Shown: in pieces, positions 1-13,925 of the stretch
Layout of the letters: every line of letters starts with the position of its first letter
How positions within the stretch are numbered: the first letter of the stretch is position 1
Source: Sulfuritalea hydrogenivorans sk43H
Lineage (GTDB): Bacteria > Pseudomonadota > Gammaproteobacteria > Burkholderiales > Rhodocyclaceae
Assembly: GCA_945870205.1 (NCBI GenBank)
Contig: CAMBRI010000009.1
Coordinates: forward strand, 6,287 to 30,286
Length of the DNA: 24,000 nucleotides
Direction: 5' to 3'
The notes under the pieces: generated by a model
What the model was told of the DNA's origin: nothing
Seen by the model: the letters and a program-made list of their open reading frames with translations, nothing else
Database searches by the model: none
Translations under genes and position numbers: made by a program

Positions 1-17
1 TCCAGTGCGCCATTATT

Positions 18-1748
18 TCAGACTCTCGCCATGCGTCGTGGACGCCAATTGACCAGTTCACCAGCCGGCATCGGCTGCCCGATACCGTGTCCCTGACCGA
101 CTTCGCAACCCATGTCCAGCAATGCCTGGTAGAGGGCTTCGTTTTCCACCCCTTCCGCCACGATGTTCATGTCGAAGGCCCGCGCCAGGGCAATGATGCC
201 ATGCACCACGGCGTAGTCACCCTTGTCGTCCAGCATGTCGCGAACAAAGGACTGATCTATTTTCAGCGTATCGACATCGAGCTTGCTCAGGTAGGTGAGC
301 GAAGAATAACCGGTGCCGAAGTCATCCAGCGCGAAACCCACGCCTAGTTCCCGACACGCCTTGATCAGGCCGCTGATCCTGGTGATGTCATCGAGCGCCG
401 CGGTTTCCAGCACTTCGATCTGCAAGCCGCGCAAATCCGTGAGCCGTCCCCGATCCAGGGCGCTCTGTTTTAGTCTCTGCACGAAGCCCGGCGATTGCAG
501 ATGATAGGCCGAGATGTTGATGCTCAATTCGATCTCGAACGCCGCCTCGCGCCATTGGCGTCGCTGGTCCATGGCGCTGCCGATGACCCATTCGCCCAGT
601 TCGATTTCCAGCTCGGTGTTTTCCACCGCGCGCAAGAATTCTTCCGGCAGCAGGCAGCCGCGCTGGGGATGATTCCAGCGCAGCAAGGCCTCGGCGCCGA
701 CCAGGCGGCGCGTGCGCATCTCCACCTTGGGCTGGTAGTAGAGCTCGAATTCACCGTGAGCCAGGCCGTGCCGTATCTGCAGCAACAATTCATGGTGGGA
801 GCGGGCGCGCTGGTCGCTCGCCGGATCGAACAGGTGATAGCGATTCTTGCCCGCCGCCTTGGCCACATACATGGCCTGGTCGGCATGACGCAGCAAGGTT
901 TCGGCATCCTCTTCGTCGTCCGGATACAGGGCCACGCCGATGCTGGCACTGATGCTGAGCACAGTGTCATTGAGAGCGATTGGCTGCTTGATGCTTTCCA
1001 GCAGGCGCTGCAGGCTGCCCACGCATTCTTCCGGCACCTGCAAGCCGACCAGCAGCACGACGAACTCATCGCCGCCCAGACGCGCCACCGTATCGTCCTC
1101 GCGCACCGCCTCCTTGATGCGCCGCGTGATTTCCACCAGCAGTTTGTCGCCGGCGCCATGGCCAAAGCGGTCGTTAACCGGCTTGAAGCCGTCGAGATCG
1201 AGATGGCACACGGCCATCAGGCCGCGGTCGCGCTTGGTGCGCGCCAGGGCCTGTGCCAGGCGGTCGCCCAGCAGCACACGGTTGGGTACGCCGGTCAGCG
1301 CGTCGTAATGCGCCATGTGCTTCAGTTGCTGTTCGTGTTCGCTGCGCTCGGTAATGTCCGCCGCCAGTCCGATGATGCCCCGAATGCTGCCATCATCGTG
1401 GTGCAGCCGAACTTTGGTGATTTCCAGAAGATGCTCGCGGCCATCGACAAAGGGCAGCCACTCGCTCGAAAGGTGCGGCGAGTCCTGCGCCAGGCATTCC
1501 CGGTCCGAGCGCAGGCAACTCGCGGCAACACTGGCTGGCATTACATCGGCGTAATGACCGGCGGCAAGGAATTGCGCCTCCGTGATGCCCGTCGAATCGC
1601 AGAAGCCGCGATTGACGAATTGCACCTTGCCGCGTACGTCTACCATCCAGATGCCGATGGGGGCATTGTCCAGAATCGCCTGGAAGAGGCCACGCTCATT
1701 GTCGATGGAAGGCATATGGAGCAAAACGTTTTTTGATTCGTCAGGCAC
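18..1748 (-). CDS. PAS-GGDEF-EAL signalling protein (c-di-GMP turnover)
   Basis: 576-aa ORF. N-terminal PAS-like segment (LFQAILDNAPIGIWMVD). GGDEF domain with intact RLGGDEFVVLL. EAL domain with EALLRW, DDFGTGYSSL, KIDQSFV and AEGVE motifs. Confidence 0.9.
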   Translation of the reverse strand: MPDESKNVLLHMPSIDNERGLFQAILDNAPIGIWMVDVRGKVQFVNRGFCDSTGITEAQFLAAGHYADVMPASVAASCLRSDRECLAQDSPHLSSEWLPFVDGREHLLEITKVRLHHDDGSIRGIIGLAADITERSEHEQQLKHMAHYDALTGVPNRVLLGDRLAQALARTKRDRGLMAVCHLDLDGFKPVNDRFGHGAGDKLLVEITRRIKEAVREDDTVARLGGDEFVVLLVGLQVPEECVGSLQRLLESIKQPIALNDTVLSISASIGVALYPDDEEDAETLLRHADQAMYVAKAAGKNRYHLFDPASDQRARSHHELLLQIRHGLAHGEFELYYQPKVEMRTRRLVGAEALLRWNHPQRGCLLPEEFLRAVENTELEIELGEWVIGSAMDQRRQWREAAFEIELSINISAYHLQSPGFVQRLKQSALDRGRLTDLRGLQIEVLETAALDDITRISGLIKACRELGVGFALDDFGTGYSSLTYLSKLDVDTLKIDQSFVRDMLDDKGDYAVVHGIIALARAFDMNIVAEGVENEALYQALLDMGCEVGQGHGIGQPMPAGELVNWRPRRMARV

Positions 1749-1838
1749 GGAAACCGGCGCAGATGATTTTACGTCCTGTGCGGCACGCAGGACATCCGGC
1801 TCGGAGCTTGTGAATTAATTGGCACCGACCTCCCCGTC

Positions 1839-1935
1839 CGTCATTCCGGCGCAAGCCGGAATCCAGTGCATACCTGAGGTATCCGTGAAAACAATCGGAT
1901 AGACGAACTGGACCCCGGCCTTCGCCGGGGTGACG
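1839..1935. repeat. 97-bp element made of two 28-nt inverted arms, each itself a GC hairpin
   Basis: 1839-1866 (cgtcattccggcgcaagccggaatccag) matches the reverse complement of 1908-1935 (ctggaccccggccttcgccggggtgacg) at 22/28 positions. Four of the six mismatches are paired changes (tt/aa versus cc/gg) that preserve each arm's own hairpin. A small central palindrome atacc-tga-ggtat is present. The element lies between the NlpC/P60 stop and the GGDEF-EAL start. Confidence 0.7.
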
Positions 1936-1973
1936 AGTACGGAAATCGGGCGGCGATGAATTTTCAGAGCCAC

Positions 1974-2534
1974 TCAGTCGAAGTAGGTCCGACCTTCCTC
2001 AAAGCGCGCCGCAAACCAGCCTTTTTTCAGGCTCTCGGTACGCACCTTGCCGCGACTGTTGGGAGCATGGACGAAGCGATCGTCGCCGATGTAGATGCCG
2101 ACATGCGAATAGGATTTGTTGCGCGTGTTGAAGAAGACCAGGTCGCCGGGACGCAAGGCGGCGGCCGGCACCGGTTTGCCCAGATTTGCCAGATCGGCCG
2201 CCGACCCCGCCAGACGCATGTCGGCCGACTTCTGATAGACGTAGCTGACCATGCCGCTGCAGTCGAGCCCGGCCTCGGGGTTCTTGCCGCCAAAGCGGTA
2301 ACCGGTTTCGATCAGGCCCAGCGCGAACAGCACCACGTCGTAGGCCTTGCCATTGAGCTTTGCCGCATTGCTTGCAGCGGCGACCCCTGCCGCTTCCTTT
2401 GCTGCATCGCCGGCGCCGGCTCGGGAACTGACCGGCGCCGGCGCCTGGCCGCCAACGGGCAGCACGCCGCAGGCACCGAGCACCAGCGTCGAACTGGTCA
2501 GCACTGCGGCAAGCGAATGGCGGGGGGCGGGCAT
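1974..2534 (-). CDS. NlpC/P60 (C40) family peptidoglycan endopeptidase lipoprotein
   Basis: 186-aa ORF. Signal peptide ends in the lipobox-like LVLGAC. Catalytic Cys context LDCSGMVSYVY, then GDLVFF and SHVGIYIGDDRFVHA (His). Confidence 0.85.
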   Translation of the reverse strand: MPAPRHSLAAVLTSSTLVLGACGVLPVGGQAPAPVSSRAGAGDAAKEAAGVAAASNAAKLNGKAYDVVLFALGLIETGYRFGGKNPEAGLDCSGMVSYVYQKSADMRLAGSAADLANLGKPVPAAALRPGDLVFFNTRNKSYSHVGIYIGDDRFVHAPNSRGKVRTESLKKGWFAARFEEGRTYFD

Positions 2535-2593
2535 AAGCCCGAATCTAATCCGCTACACTGCTGCCGATAGACCCAAACAAGGCAGAAAACCTC

Positions 2594-3724
2594 ATGCAAA
2601 TCCGCGCCGCCGTGCTGAGCAAGATGGAGCGACCGCTCCCCTACGCCCAAACCCGACCGATAGTCATCGAAACCATCAACCTCGCCGGGCCCGGCCCCAA
2701 CGAAGTGCTGGTGCGGATTACCGCCGCCGGGCTGTGTCATTCCGACCTGTCGATCGTCAATGGCGACCGCCCGCGACCGATGCCGATGGCGCTCGGCCAC
2801 GAAGCCGCCGGCATCGTCGAGGAAACCGGTCCCGGCGTCACCGACCTGGTGCGCGGCGACACAGTGGCGCTGGTGTTCGTGCCCAGTTGCGGCCACTGCC
2901 TACCCTGCCTTGAAGGCCGCCCCGCACTGTGCGAGCCCGGTGCCGTGGCCAACACGGCGGGCACCATGGTCGGCGGCCACCGCCATCTCTCTCGCGTCGA
3001 CGGTACACCGCTGAACCACCAGGTCGGTGTTTCCTGTTTCGCCGAATATGCCGTGGTAAATCGCGGCAGCCTGGTCAAGGTGATTCCCGATCTGGCGCCT
3101 GATGTGGCGGCGATTTTCGGCTGCGCGGTGCTGACAGGTGTCGGCGCGGCGATCAACTCGGCACAGGTGCGCCTTGGCCAGACCGTGGCCGTGGTGGGCC
3201 TGGGTGGCGTCGGCCTGGCAGCCGTGCTGGGTGCGCTGGCCGCCGGGGCGAGGCAAGTCATCGCCGTCGATACCCTGCCGGCGAAACTCGACACCGCCCT
3301 TGCGCTGGGCGCGACGCTAGCCTTTCGTGCGGATGACCCCGACCTCGTGGCGCAGATCAAGGCCGCCACCGGCGGTGGCGTGGATATCGCCATCGAAGCC
3401 GCCAGTTCGGTTCAGGCGCTCGACTCCGCCTACAAGATGACGCGGCGCGGCGGCACCACCGTCACCTGCAGCCTGCCGCCGCCGTCGCACACATTCAATG
3501 TGCCGGCGGTAAACCTGGTTGCCGAAGAACGCACGCTCAAAGGCAGCTACCTCGGATCTTCGGTGCCGGTGCGTGACATTCCGCACTACATCGCCCTGTT
3601 CAAGGCCGGCCGCCTGCCGGTGGACAAGCTGATCACGCATCGCCTGAGGCTGGACCAGATCAACGAGGGCTTCGACCGGCTGGCCTCCGGCGAAGCCGTG
3701 CGCCAGGTGATCCTGTTCGACTGA
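2594..3724 (+). CDS. Zn-dependent alcohol dehydrogenase family oxidoreductase
   Basis: 376-aa ORF. Catalytic-Zn motifs GLCHSD and GHEAAG. Structural-Zn cluster CGHCLPCLEGRPALC. Rossmann motif VVGLGGVGL. Confidence 0.85.
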   Translation: MQIRAAVLSKMERPLPYAQTRPIVIETINLAGPGPNEVLVRITAAGLCHSDLSIVNGDRPRPMPMALGHEAAGIVEETGPGVTDLVRGDTVALVFVPSCGHCLPCLEGRPALCEPGAVANTAGTMVGGHRHLSRVDGTPLNHQVGVSCFAEYAVVNRGSLVKVIPDLAPDVAAIFGCAVLTGVGAAINSAQVRLGQTVAVVGLGGVGLAAVLGALAAGARQVIAVDTLPAKLDTALALGATLAFRADDPDLVAQIKAATGGGVDIAIEAASSVQALDSAYKMTRRGGTTVTCSLPPPSHTFNVPAVNLVAEERTLKGSYLGSSVPVRDIPHYIALFKAGRLPVDKLITHRLRLDQINEGFDRLASGEAVRQVILFD

Positions 3725-3725
3725 A

Positions 3726-4904
3726 ATGAGCGCCAGACGCCATCTATTCACCTCCGAATCCGTCTCGGAAGGCCACCCGGACAAGCTCGCCGACCAGATT
3801 TCAGACGCGATCCTGGATGCCTTCCTGGCCCGCGAGACAACGGCCAAGGTCGCCTGCGAAACCCTGGTTGCCGATAATCTGATTGTCATCGCCGGCGAGT
3901 TCCGGACGGCTGATCCCGGAGTCTTCGACGACGTTCGCGGCCGTGCCGAGGAGATCGCCCGCCAGGTTCTGAAGGACGCCGGCTACCGTGACGCCGATAC
4001 CGGCATCGACCCGGACCGCTGCGAAGTGCAGGTACGCTTCAATCATCAGTCGATCCAGATCAACAAGGGCATCGTGCTGGCCAACGGTCAGCTCGGCGCC
4101 GGCGATCAGGGGCTGATGTTCGGCTATGCCTGCGACGAAACGCCGGACCTGATGCCGTACCCGATCTGGTTGGCGCATCGGCTGGTGCAACGCCAGGCCG
4201 AGCTCAGAAAATCCGGCGCCCTGCCCTGGCTGCGCCCCGATGCAAAAAGCCAGGTGACCGTGCTCTATGAGGGCCAACGAATGGCCGGCATCGCCAGCGT
4301 GGTGATCTCGACCCAGATCGAACGCGATCTCGATCCGGCCTGGGTCGCGCAGCAGGTCACGCATGAAATCATCGACCCGGTGCTGGCCGCGCGCGCGCGC
4401 GCGCCGGCATTCCGCATCTGGGTCAATCCGGCCGGGCCCTTCGAAATCGGCGGTCCGCATGGCGACACGGGGCTTACCGGGCGCAAGATCATCGTCGACA
4501 CCTATGGCGGCGCCTGCCCGCACGGCGGCGGTGCCTTCTCCGGCAAGGACCCGAGCAAGGTCGATCGCTCGGCGGCTTACATGGCGCGTTACATCGCCAA
4601 GAACATCGTTGCCGCAAAACTCGCCCGCCGCTGCCTGGTGCAGATCGCCTATGCCATCGGCGTCAGTGACCCGGTGTCGGTGATGATCGACACCCAGGGC
4701 ACGGCGCGCATCACGGACACCGCCCTGGAAACGGCGGTGAAGAAAGTATTCCATCTCACACCGAGCGGCATCATCGCGGCACTCGACCTGGCGCGGCCGA
4801 TCTACCGCCAGACCGCGAGCTATGGCCATTTCGGCCGCAGTGACATCGACCTGAACTGGGAGCGCACCGATCAGGTCGAAGCGCTGAAGCGGGCGCTGGG
4901 CTGA
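3726..4904 (+). CDS. metK: S-adenosylmethionine synthetase (divergent MetK)
   Basis: 392-aa ORF with hallmark MetK blocks: HLFTSESVSEGHPDKLADQISDAILDA, GAGDQGLMFGYA, LPWLRPDAKSQVT, TGRKIIVDTYGG, GGAFSGKDPSKVDRSAAY. The ATG lies 1 nt after the ADH stop (tgaaATG). Confidence 0.92.
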   Translation: MSARRHLFTSESVSEGHPDKLADQISDAILDAFLARETTAKVACETLVADNLIVIAGEFRTADPGVFDDVRGRAEEIARQVLKDAGYRDADTGIDPDRCEVQVRFNHQSIQINKGIVLANGQLGAGDQGLMFGYACDETPDLMPYPIWLAHRLVQRQAELRKSGALPWLRPDAKSQVTVLYEGQRMAGIASVVISTQIERDLDPAWVAQQVTHEIIDPVLAARARAPAFRIWVNPAGPFEIGGPHGDTGLTGRKIIVDTYGGACPHGGGAFSGKDPSKVDRSAAYMARYIAKNIVAAKLARRCLVQIAYAIGVSDPVSVMIDTQGTARITDTALETAVKKVFHLTPSGIIAALDLARPIYRQTASYGHFGRSDIDLNWERTDQVEALKRALG

Positions 4905-4906
4905 GG

Positions 4907-4957
4907 GCCGCCGCCGCGCACGTGGCGGTGGCGGTGGCGGTGGCGGCGGCAGTTTTT
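4907..4957 (+). terminator. Probable intrinsic terminator after metK
   Basis: gccgccgcc (4907-4915) pairs perfectly with ggcggcggc (4942-4950) and is followed by agttttt (T-run 4953-4957). The stem interior contains (GTGGCG)x4 at 4922-4945. Confidence 0.6.
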
Positions 4958-5236
4958 CGGGTGTCGGACAGACCCCGGCTTCCTACGTAGAAACCGCAGT
5001 TTTCAGCGTAAAGCACGGATAAACAAAGCTGGTCCGGTTTGAGACTATTGGGCTCAATCGCATGCGTGCGTTCCGCGCGCATGAAGAGCAGTGTCTTGTC
5101 GAGCCCGGATTCAGCATGTCCGCAACGACCGCAAGTGATGCAGCATTTTCAACGAGACCCCAGGAAAATTCGTCACCGCCATGTTTTCGACTGAAATCGA
5201 CACCAGGTCTTTTGAACGCTGCGCAAGGGCGTCGCG

Positions 5237-11336
<6,100 letters not shown>

Positions 11337-11344
11337 GCGCACCC

Positions 11345-11746
11345 TCAATCCGCCAGCGCGGGCACCTCGCGCTTGCTGCCGTCATCGTTGATCGCGACAT
11401 AGGTGAATTGCGCCTCGGTGACTTTGACCACCACCGGATTTGTCGGATTGCGCTCGGCATAAACCTGCACGTCCACGGTGATCGACGTCCGGCCGACCTT
11501 CACCACGTTGGCGTAGAAACTGACAATGTCGCCGACCGAGATTGGCTGCTTGAACAGGAAGGAATTCACCGCCACGGTGGCGATGCGGCCGCGTGCCAGG
11601 CGCATTGCCGGTATGGCGGCGGCGATGTCGCATTGGGCCATGACCCAGCCGCCGAAAATGTCGCCATTGCCGTTCATGTCGGCCGGCATCGGCATCACGC
11701 GCAGCACCGGCTCACGACCCGGTATGAGTACTCCGTGGTGAGGCAT
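11345..11746 (-). CDS. YciA-like hotdog-fold acyl-CoA thioesterase
   Basis: Motif [26 protein letters not shown] is typical of YciA-type thioesterases. The ORF track start is 11803, but I prefer the ATG at 11746 (MPHHGVL), which has GGAGAG 5 nt upstream. The upstream extension is explained as a relic of another gene. Confidence 0.8.
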   Translation of the reverse strand: MPHHGVLIPGREPVLRVMPMPADMNGNGDIFGGWVMAQCDIAAAIPAMRLARGRIATVAVNSFLFKQPISVGDIVSFYANVVKVGRTSITVDVQVYAERNPTNPVVVKVTEAQFTYVAINDDGSKREVPALAD

Positions 11747-11799
11747 CAGCGCTCTCCGCTCTGCAAGTAATTCATCGGACCTCCAGTATAGTGGGCGAC
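11746..11799 (-). pseudogene. Orphan 3'-terminal fragment of a fadB-like gene (encodes ..VAHYTGGPMNYLQSGER*)
   Basis: On the minus strand this reads cac tat act gga ggt ccg atg aat tac ttg cag agc gga gag cgc TGA. The real fadB-like 3' end at 13926-13979 reads ccc tat acg ggt ggg ccg atg aat tat ttg agc aaa ggt gcc gcg TAG. Nine consecutive residues are identical (YTGGPMNYL), and all four nucleotide differences within them are synonymous. The TGA overlaps the thioesterase ATG as TGATG. Confidence 0.7.
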
Positions 11800-12195
11800 C
11801 CATACAGGAGCCGTGAGAATCTCACAACTCCGCCAGAACACGCCGACGTTCTAACGCTCATGGCACCCAGTACCACCCGCCGGAGATGAAGCGCGCAAAC
11901 GGCAAATTGAAGGCCCCCGCCCCCGTTCCACGGCCGGCCCTGCATGGCCGGCCGCCAGCGGCGGCGCGAAGCAGTGCTTGGCGAAATCCCGCCTACGCCC
12001 CCTTCCCAGGGCGGGGCTACCAGTCGGCTCGCTTCGCTCGGTTATCACCAGCCGCTTCGAACGAGTTGTTCCATTACGTTAAATTGAGAGTTCGGAGCAT
12101 TTCTCTGCTTTTCATGCCATTCTGTTCGGAATGGACAGGTTTTGCGGATATTTTCGTGTTCAGTTGCACCGCAATTCGACACCCAACTGACCCGC

Positions 12196-12224
12196 TTGCA
12201 TTTCCCCAATTGAGGGCCGATAAT
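12196..12224 (+). promoter_or_regulatory. Sigma70-like promoter for the NTase/HEPN pair, implying a leaderless mRNA
   Basis: TTGCAT (12196-12201), exact 17-nt spacer, GATAAT (12219-12224). The ATG at 12232 begins 8 nt after the -10 hexamer and has no Shine-Dalgarno sequence. The surrounding DNA is AT-rich. Confidence 0.5.
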
Positions 12225-12231
12225 CCCCGTA

Positions 12232-12876
12232 ATGGGGAACGAGAAGCCAACTTCAATCGCAGACGTCCTGTTTTCCGGTGTGCAGCAACGGGTGATCGGC
12301 CTGTTGTTCGGGCAGCCGGATCGGTCCTTTTACGCCAATGAAATCGAGAGGTTAGGAAAAACCGGGCGTGGCGCCTTGCAGCGCGAACTGGAGCGCATGA
12401 CGGCCTCGGGCTTGGTAACGCTGACGGTGATCGGAAAGCAAAAGCACTATCAGGCCAACAAGGTTTCGCCCATCTTCAACGAACTGCGCGGAATCGCGGT
12501 CAAGACCTTCGGCTTGTCCGACATCCTGCGACTTGCTCTGGCCCAATTCATCCCGGAAATCGTTTTTGCGTTCATTTTTGGATCGGTGGCCAAAAACACC
12601 GATACGGCCGCGAGCGACATCGATGTGATGGTGATCGCCGACGGATTGAGCTACAGCGTCCTGTTCGAAGCTCTGACGAAAGCCGAGGAAACCCTGGGTC
12701 GCAAGGTCAGCCCAACGCTCTATTCGAAGGAAGAATTCAACAAGAAGCTGGCGGGAGACAACCACTTCGTGAGCCGCGTCCTCAACCAGCAAAAAATCGT
12801 CCTTATAGGAGACGAAAGTGCTATCCGCACAGGAAAACCTGCAGAACCTGCTGAAGATCGGCAAACTCAAGGCTGA
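12232..12876 (+). CDS. wHTH plus minimal nucleotidyltransferase protein (MntA-like antitoxin candidate)
   Basis: 214-aa ORF. N-terminal winged-helix-like region (VQQRVIGLLFGQPDRSFYANEIERLGKTGRGALQRELERMTASGLV). Pol-beta-type NTase signature FGSVAKNTDTAASDIDVMVI (GS..DxD). Confidence 0.75.
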   Translation: MGNEKPTSIADVLFSGVQQRVIGLLFGQPDRSFYANEIERLGKTGRGALQRELERMTASGLVTLTVIGKQKHYQANKVSPIFNELRGIAVKTFGLSDILRLALAQFIPEIVFAFIFGSVAKNTDTAASDIDVMVIADGLSYSVLFEALTKAEETLGRKVSPTLYSKEEFNKKLAGDNHFVSRVLNQQKIVLIGDESAIRTGKPAEPAEDRQTQG

Positions 12877-13249
12877 ACCCCCAAATTCGAGGGAACTTGA
12901 CGGACTGCTAAGCTCCGCCGGACGAAAGTTGCCCGACGCCGAGAACCTGTCGCTCTCGCCCGATAGCCGCTTTAGTCTTGCCTATGACGCAGCCCATACC
13001 TTCGCCCTCGCCGCCTTGCGCTGGCATGGCTATCGCTCGGAAAACCGGTACATCGTTTTTCAGGTTCTCGGGCACACCCTGAATTTTCCGACAGCCAAAT
13101 GGCGATTCCTGGATAGCTGCCATCAGAAACGGAATGCCGCGCTGTACGAGGGCGACTACACCGACGACGAGCAACTGATAAAGGAACTCGTTGCGGCTGC
13201 AAAGGACTTGAAGGCTGCTGTGGAGTCGCTGGGACCGGTCCGCACATGA
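12818..13249 (+). CDS. HEPN-like protein (HepT-like toxin candidate, atypical motif)
   Basis: 143-aa ORF. The GTG start at 12818 is preceded by AGGAG (12807-12811) with a 6-nt spacer, and the gene overlaps the NTase gene by 59 nt. All-helical-looking sequence. The C-terminal segment WRFLDSCHQKRNAALYEG contains R-N-x3-Y where DUF86/HepT-type proteins have R-N-x3-H, plus an adjacent R-x5-H (RFLDSCH). Confidence 0.6.
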   Translation: MLSAQENLQNLLKIGKLKAEPPNSRELDGLLSSAGRKLPDAENLSLSPDSRFSLAYDAAHTFALAALRWHGYRSENRYIVFQVLGHTLNFPTAKWRFLDSCHQKRNAALYEGDYTDDEQLIKELVAAAKDLKAAVESLGPVRT

Positions 13250-13272
13250 CATTACCAAGCATTGGCGATTCG

Positions 13273-13462
13273 CCCCATCACCCAGGGCAATCGCATGAAG
13301 GATGCTCCCTCCCCTTCAAAGGTTGGGGTGGGGATGGGACAAAACAAGCATGGGGAAGGACAGCAAACCACGTCATCGAACCCCATCCCCCTCCCGGCCT
13401 CCCCCTTGAAGGGGGAGGAGAACACCACGGTGTCATTCATGCGATTGCCCTGCCCCATCACC
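13273..13462. mobile_element. 170-bp MITE-like element with 17-bp perfect terminal inverted repeats and 10-bp flanking direct repeats
   Basis: The left terminal repeat cagggcaatcgcatgaa (13283-13299) is the exact reverse complement of ttcatgcgattgccctg (13436-13452). It is flanked on both sides by ccccatcacc (13273-13282 and 13453-13462). The interior arms are imperfect inverted copies carrying G/C-tract hairpins, for example cctccccc-ttgaa-gggggagg. There is no coding capacity. Confidence 0.7.
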
Positions 13463-13637
13463 GTCTCGCCAGCGCCGACTTTTGCGACAGGTTCAATGTG
13501 ACCCTCGCGTCAGGACGGCGTACTGTATCAATGCTTCGTTTGCGCCGATTCCAACGCTACTTCGCAGCTGCCGCATTCAAGCAAGGTATCCGCGCTGTTT
13601 GCCGGAAGGTTAATGGCAATTGATTGAACAGGACCCC

Positions 13638-13925
13638 TCAGCCCTCGGCAGAGTAAATGAGTTGCCGTCGATGCTTCAGTGCGAGAAATACCACCTCAAC
13701 TTTGGAATGGGCGTACAAGGCAACGTGCCGGCTTAACACGTACTCGCGCAAATTCGGCAGACCCGCCTGTGTCGCAAGCGCTTGCACTGAATTGGCTCGC
13801 AACCGTGCTTGTGCTGAACGTCCGCCGAGAAAACGTGCCGGGCGCCCATTGGCTGGCAACCAGCTCACGACGGCTACCATTTCACGCAACTCCTGCTTCA
13901 GGCGCGCCGCGGCGGGTAACGCTCT
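13638..13925 (-). pseudogene. ParE/RelE-like toxin relic lacking its native start and any antitoxin gene
   Basis: The reading frame directly after the fadB-like TAG, and in the same frame, reads RALPAAARLKQELREMVAVVSWLPANGRPARFL...LREYVLSRHVALYAHSKVEVVFLALKHRRQL. This resembles ParE-family layout: N-terminal A..(D/E)L.E(I/M)......N...A.RF and C-terminal Y-hydrophobic strand-H.R. Only a TTG (13889) or ATG (13880) internal start is available. The similarity was judged by eye. Confidence 0.3.

Noticed and set aside
2535-2593. Possible SAM-responsive riboswitch upstream of the ADH-metK pair (small hairpin ctgcc-N15-ggcag).
   Set aside because: The 59-bp divergent intergenic region is too short and shows none of the conserved SAM-riboswitch sequence features I can recall. 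The hairpin alone is not evidence.
4922-4945. (GTGGCG)x4 tandem hexamer repeat after metK.
   Set aside because: It forms the interior of a GC-rich stem followed by a T-run, so it is best explained as part of the metK terminator. Four units give no evidence for a phase-variable tract or a CRISPR-like array.
11747-11803. 19-aa N-terminal extension of the thioesterase ORF (MGRPLYWRSDELLAERRAL).
   Set aside because: In another frame this stretch is the relic of a fadB 3' end. The ATG at 11746 has a GGAGAG SD, and YciA-like homology begins there.
11985-12045. Possible tRNA or att-type RNA gene end (..cccgcc-N15-ggcggggctacca).
   Set aside because: Only 4 nt separate the stem from CCA, the loop is 15 nt, there is no TPsiC-loop consensus and no cloverleaf can be drawn. 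The nearby gcttcgaacg has no flanking complementary T-stem.
13246-13623. Track ORFs crossing the MITE-like element: 125 aa on the plus strand, plus 13252-13461(-) and 13262-13501(+).
   Set aside because: Their Pro/Gly/Glu-rich translations (PLPASPLKGEE, SPFKGEAGRGMG) are by-products of the C-tract/G-tract hairpins. They read through inverted repeats in both directions.
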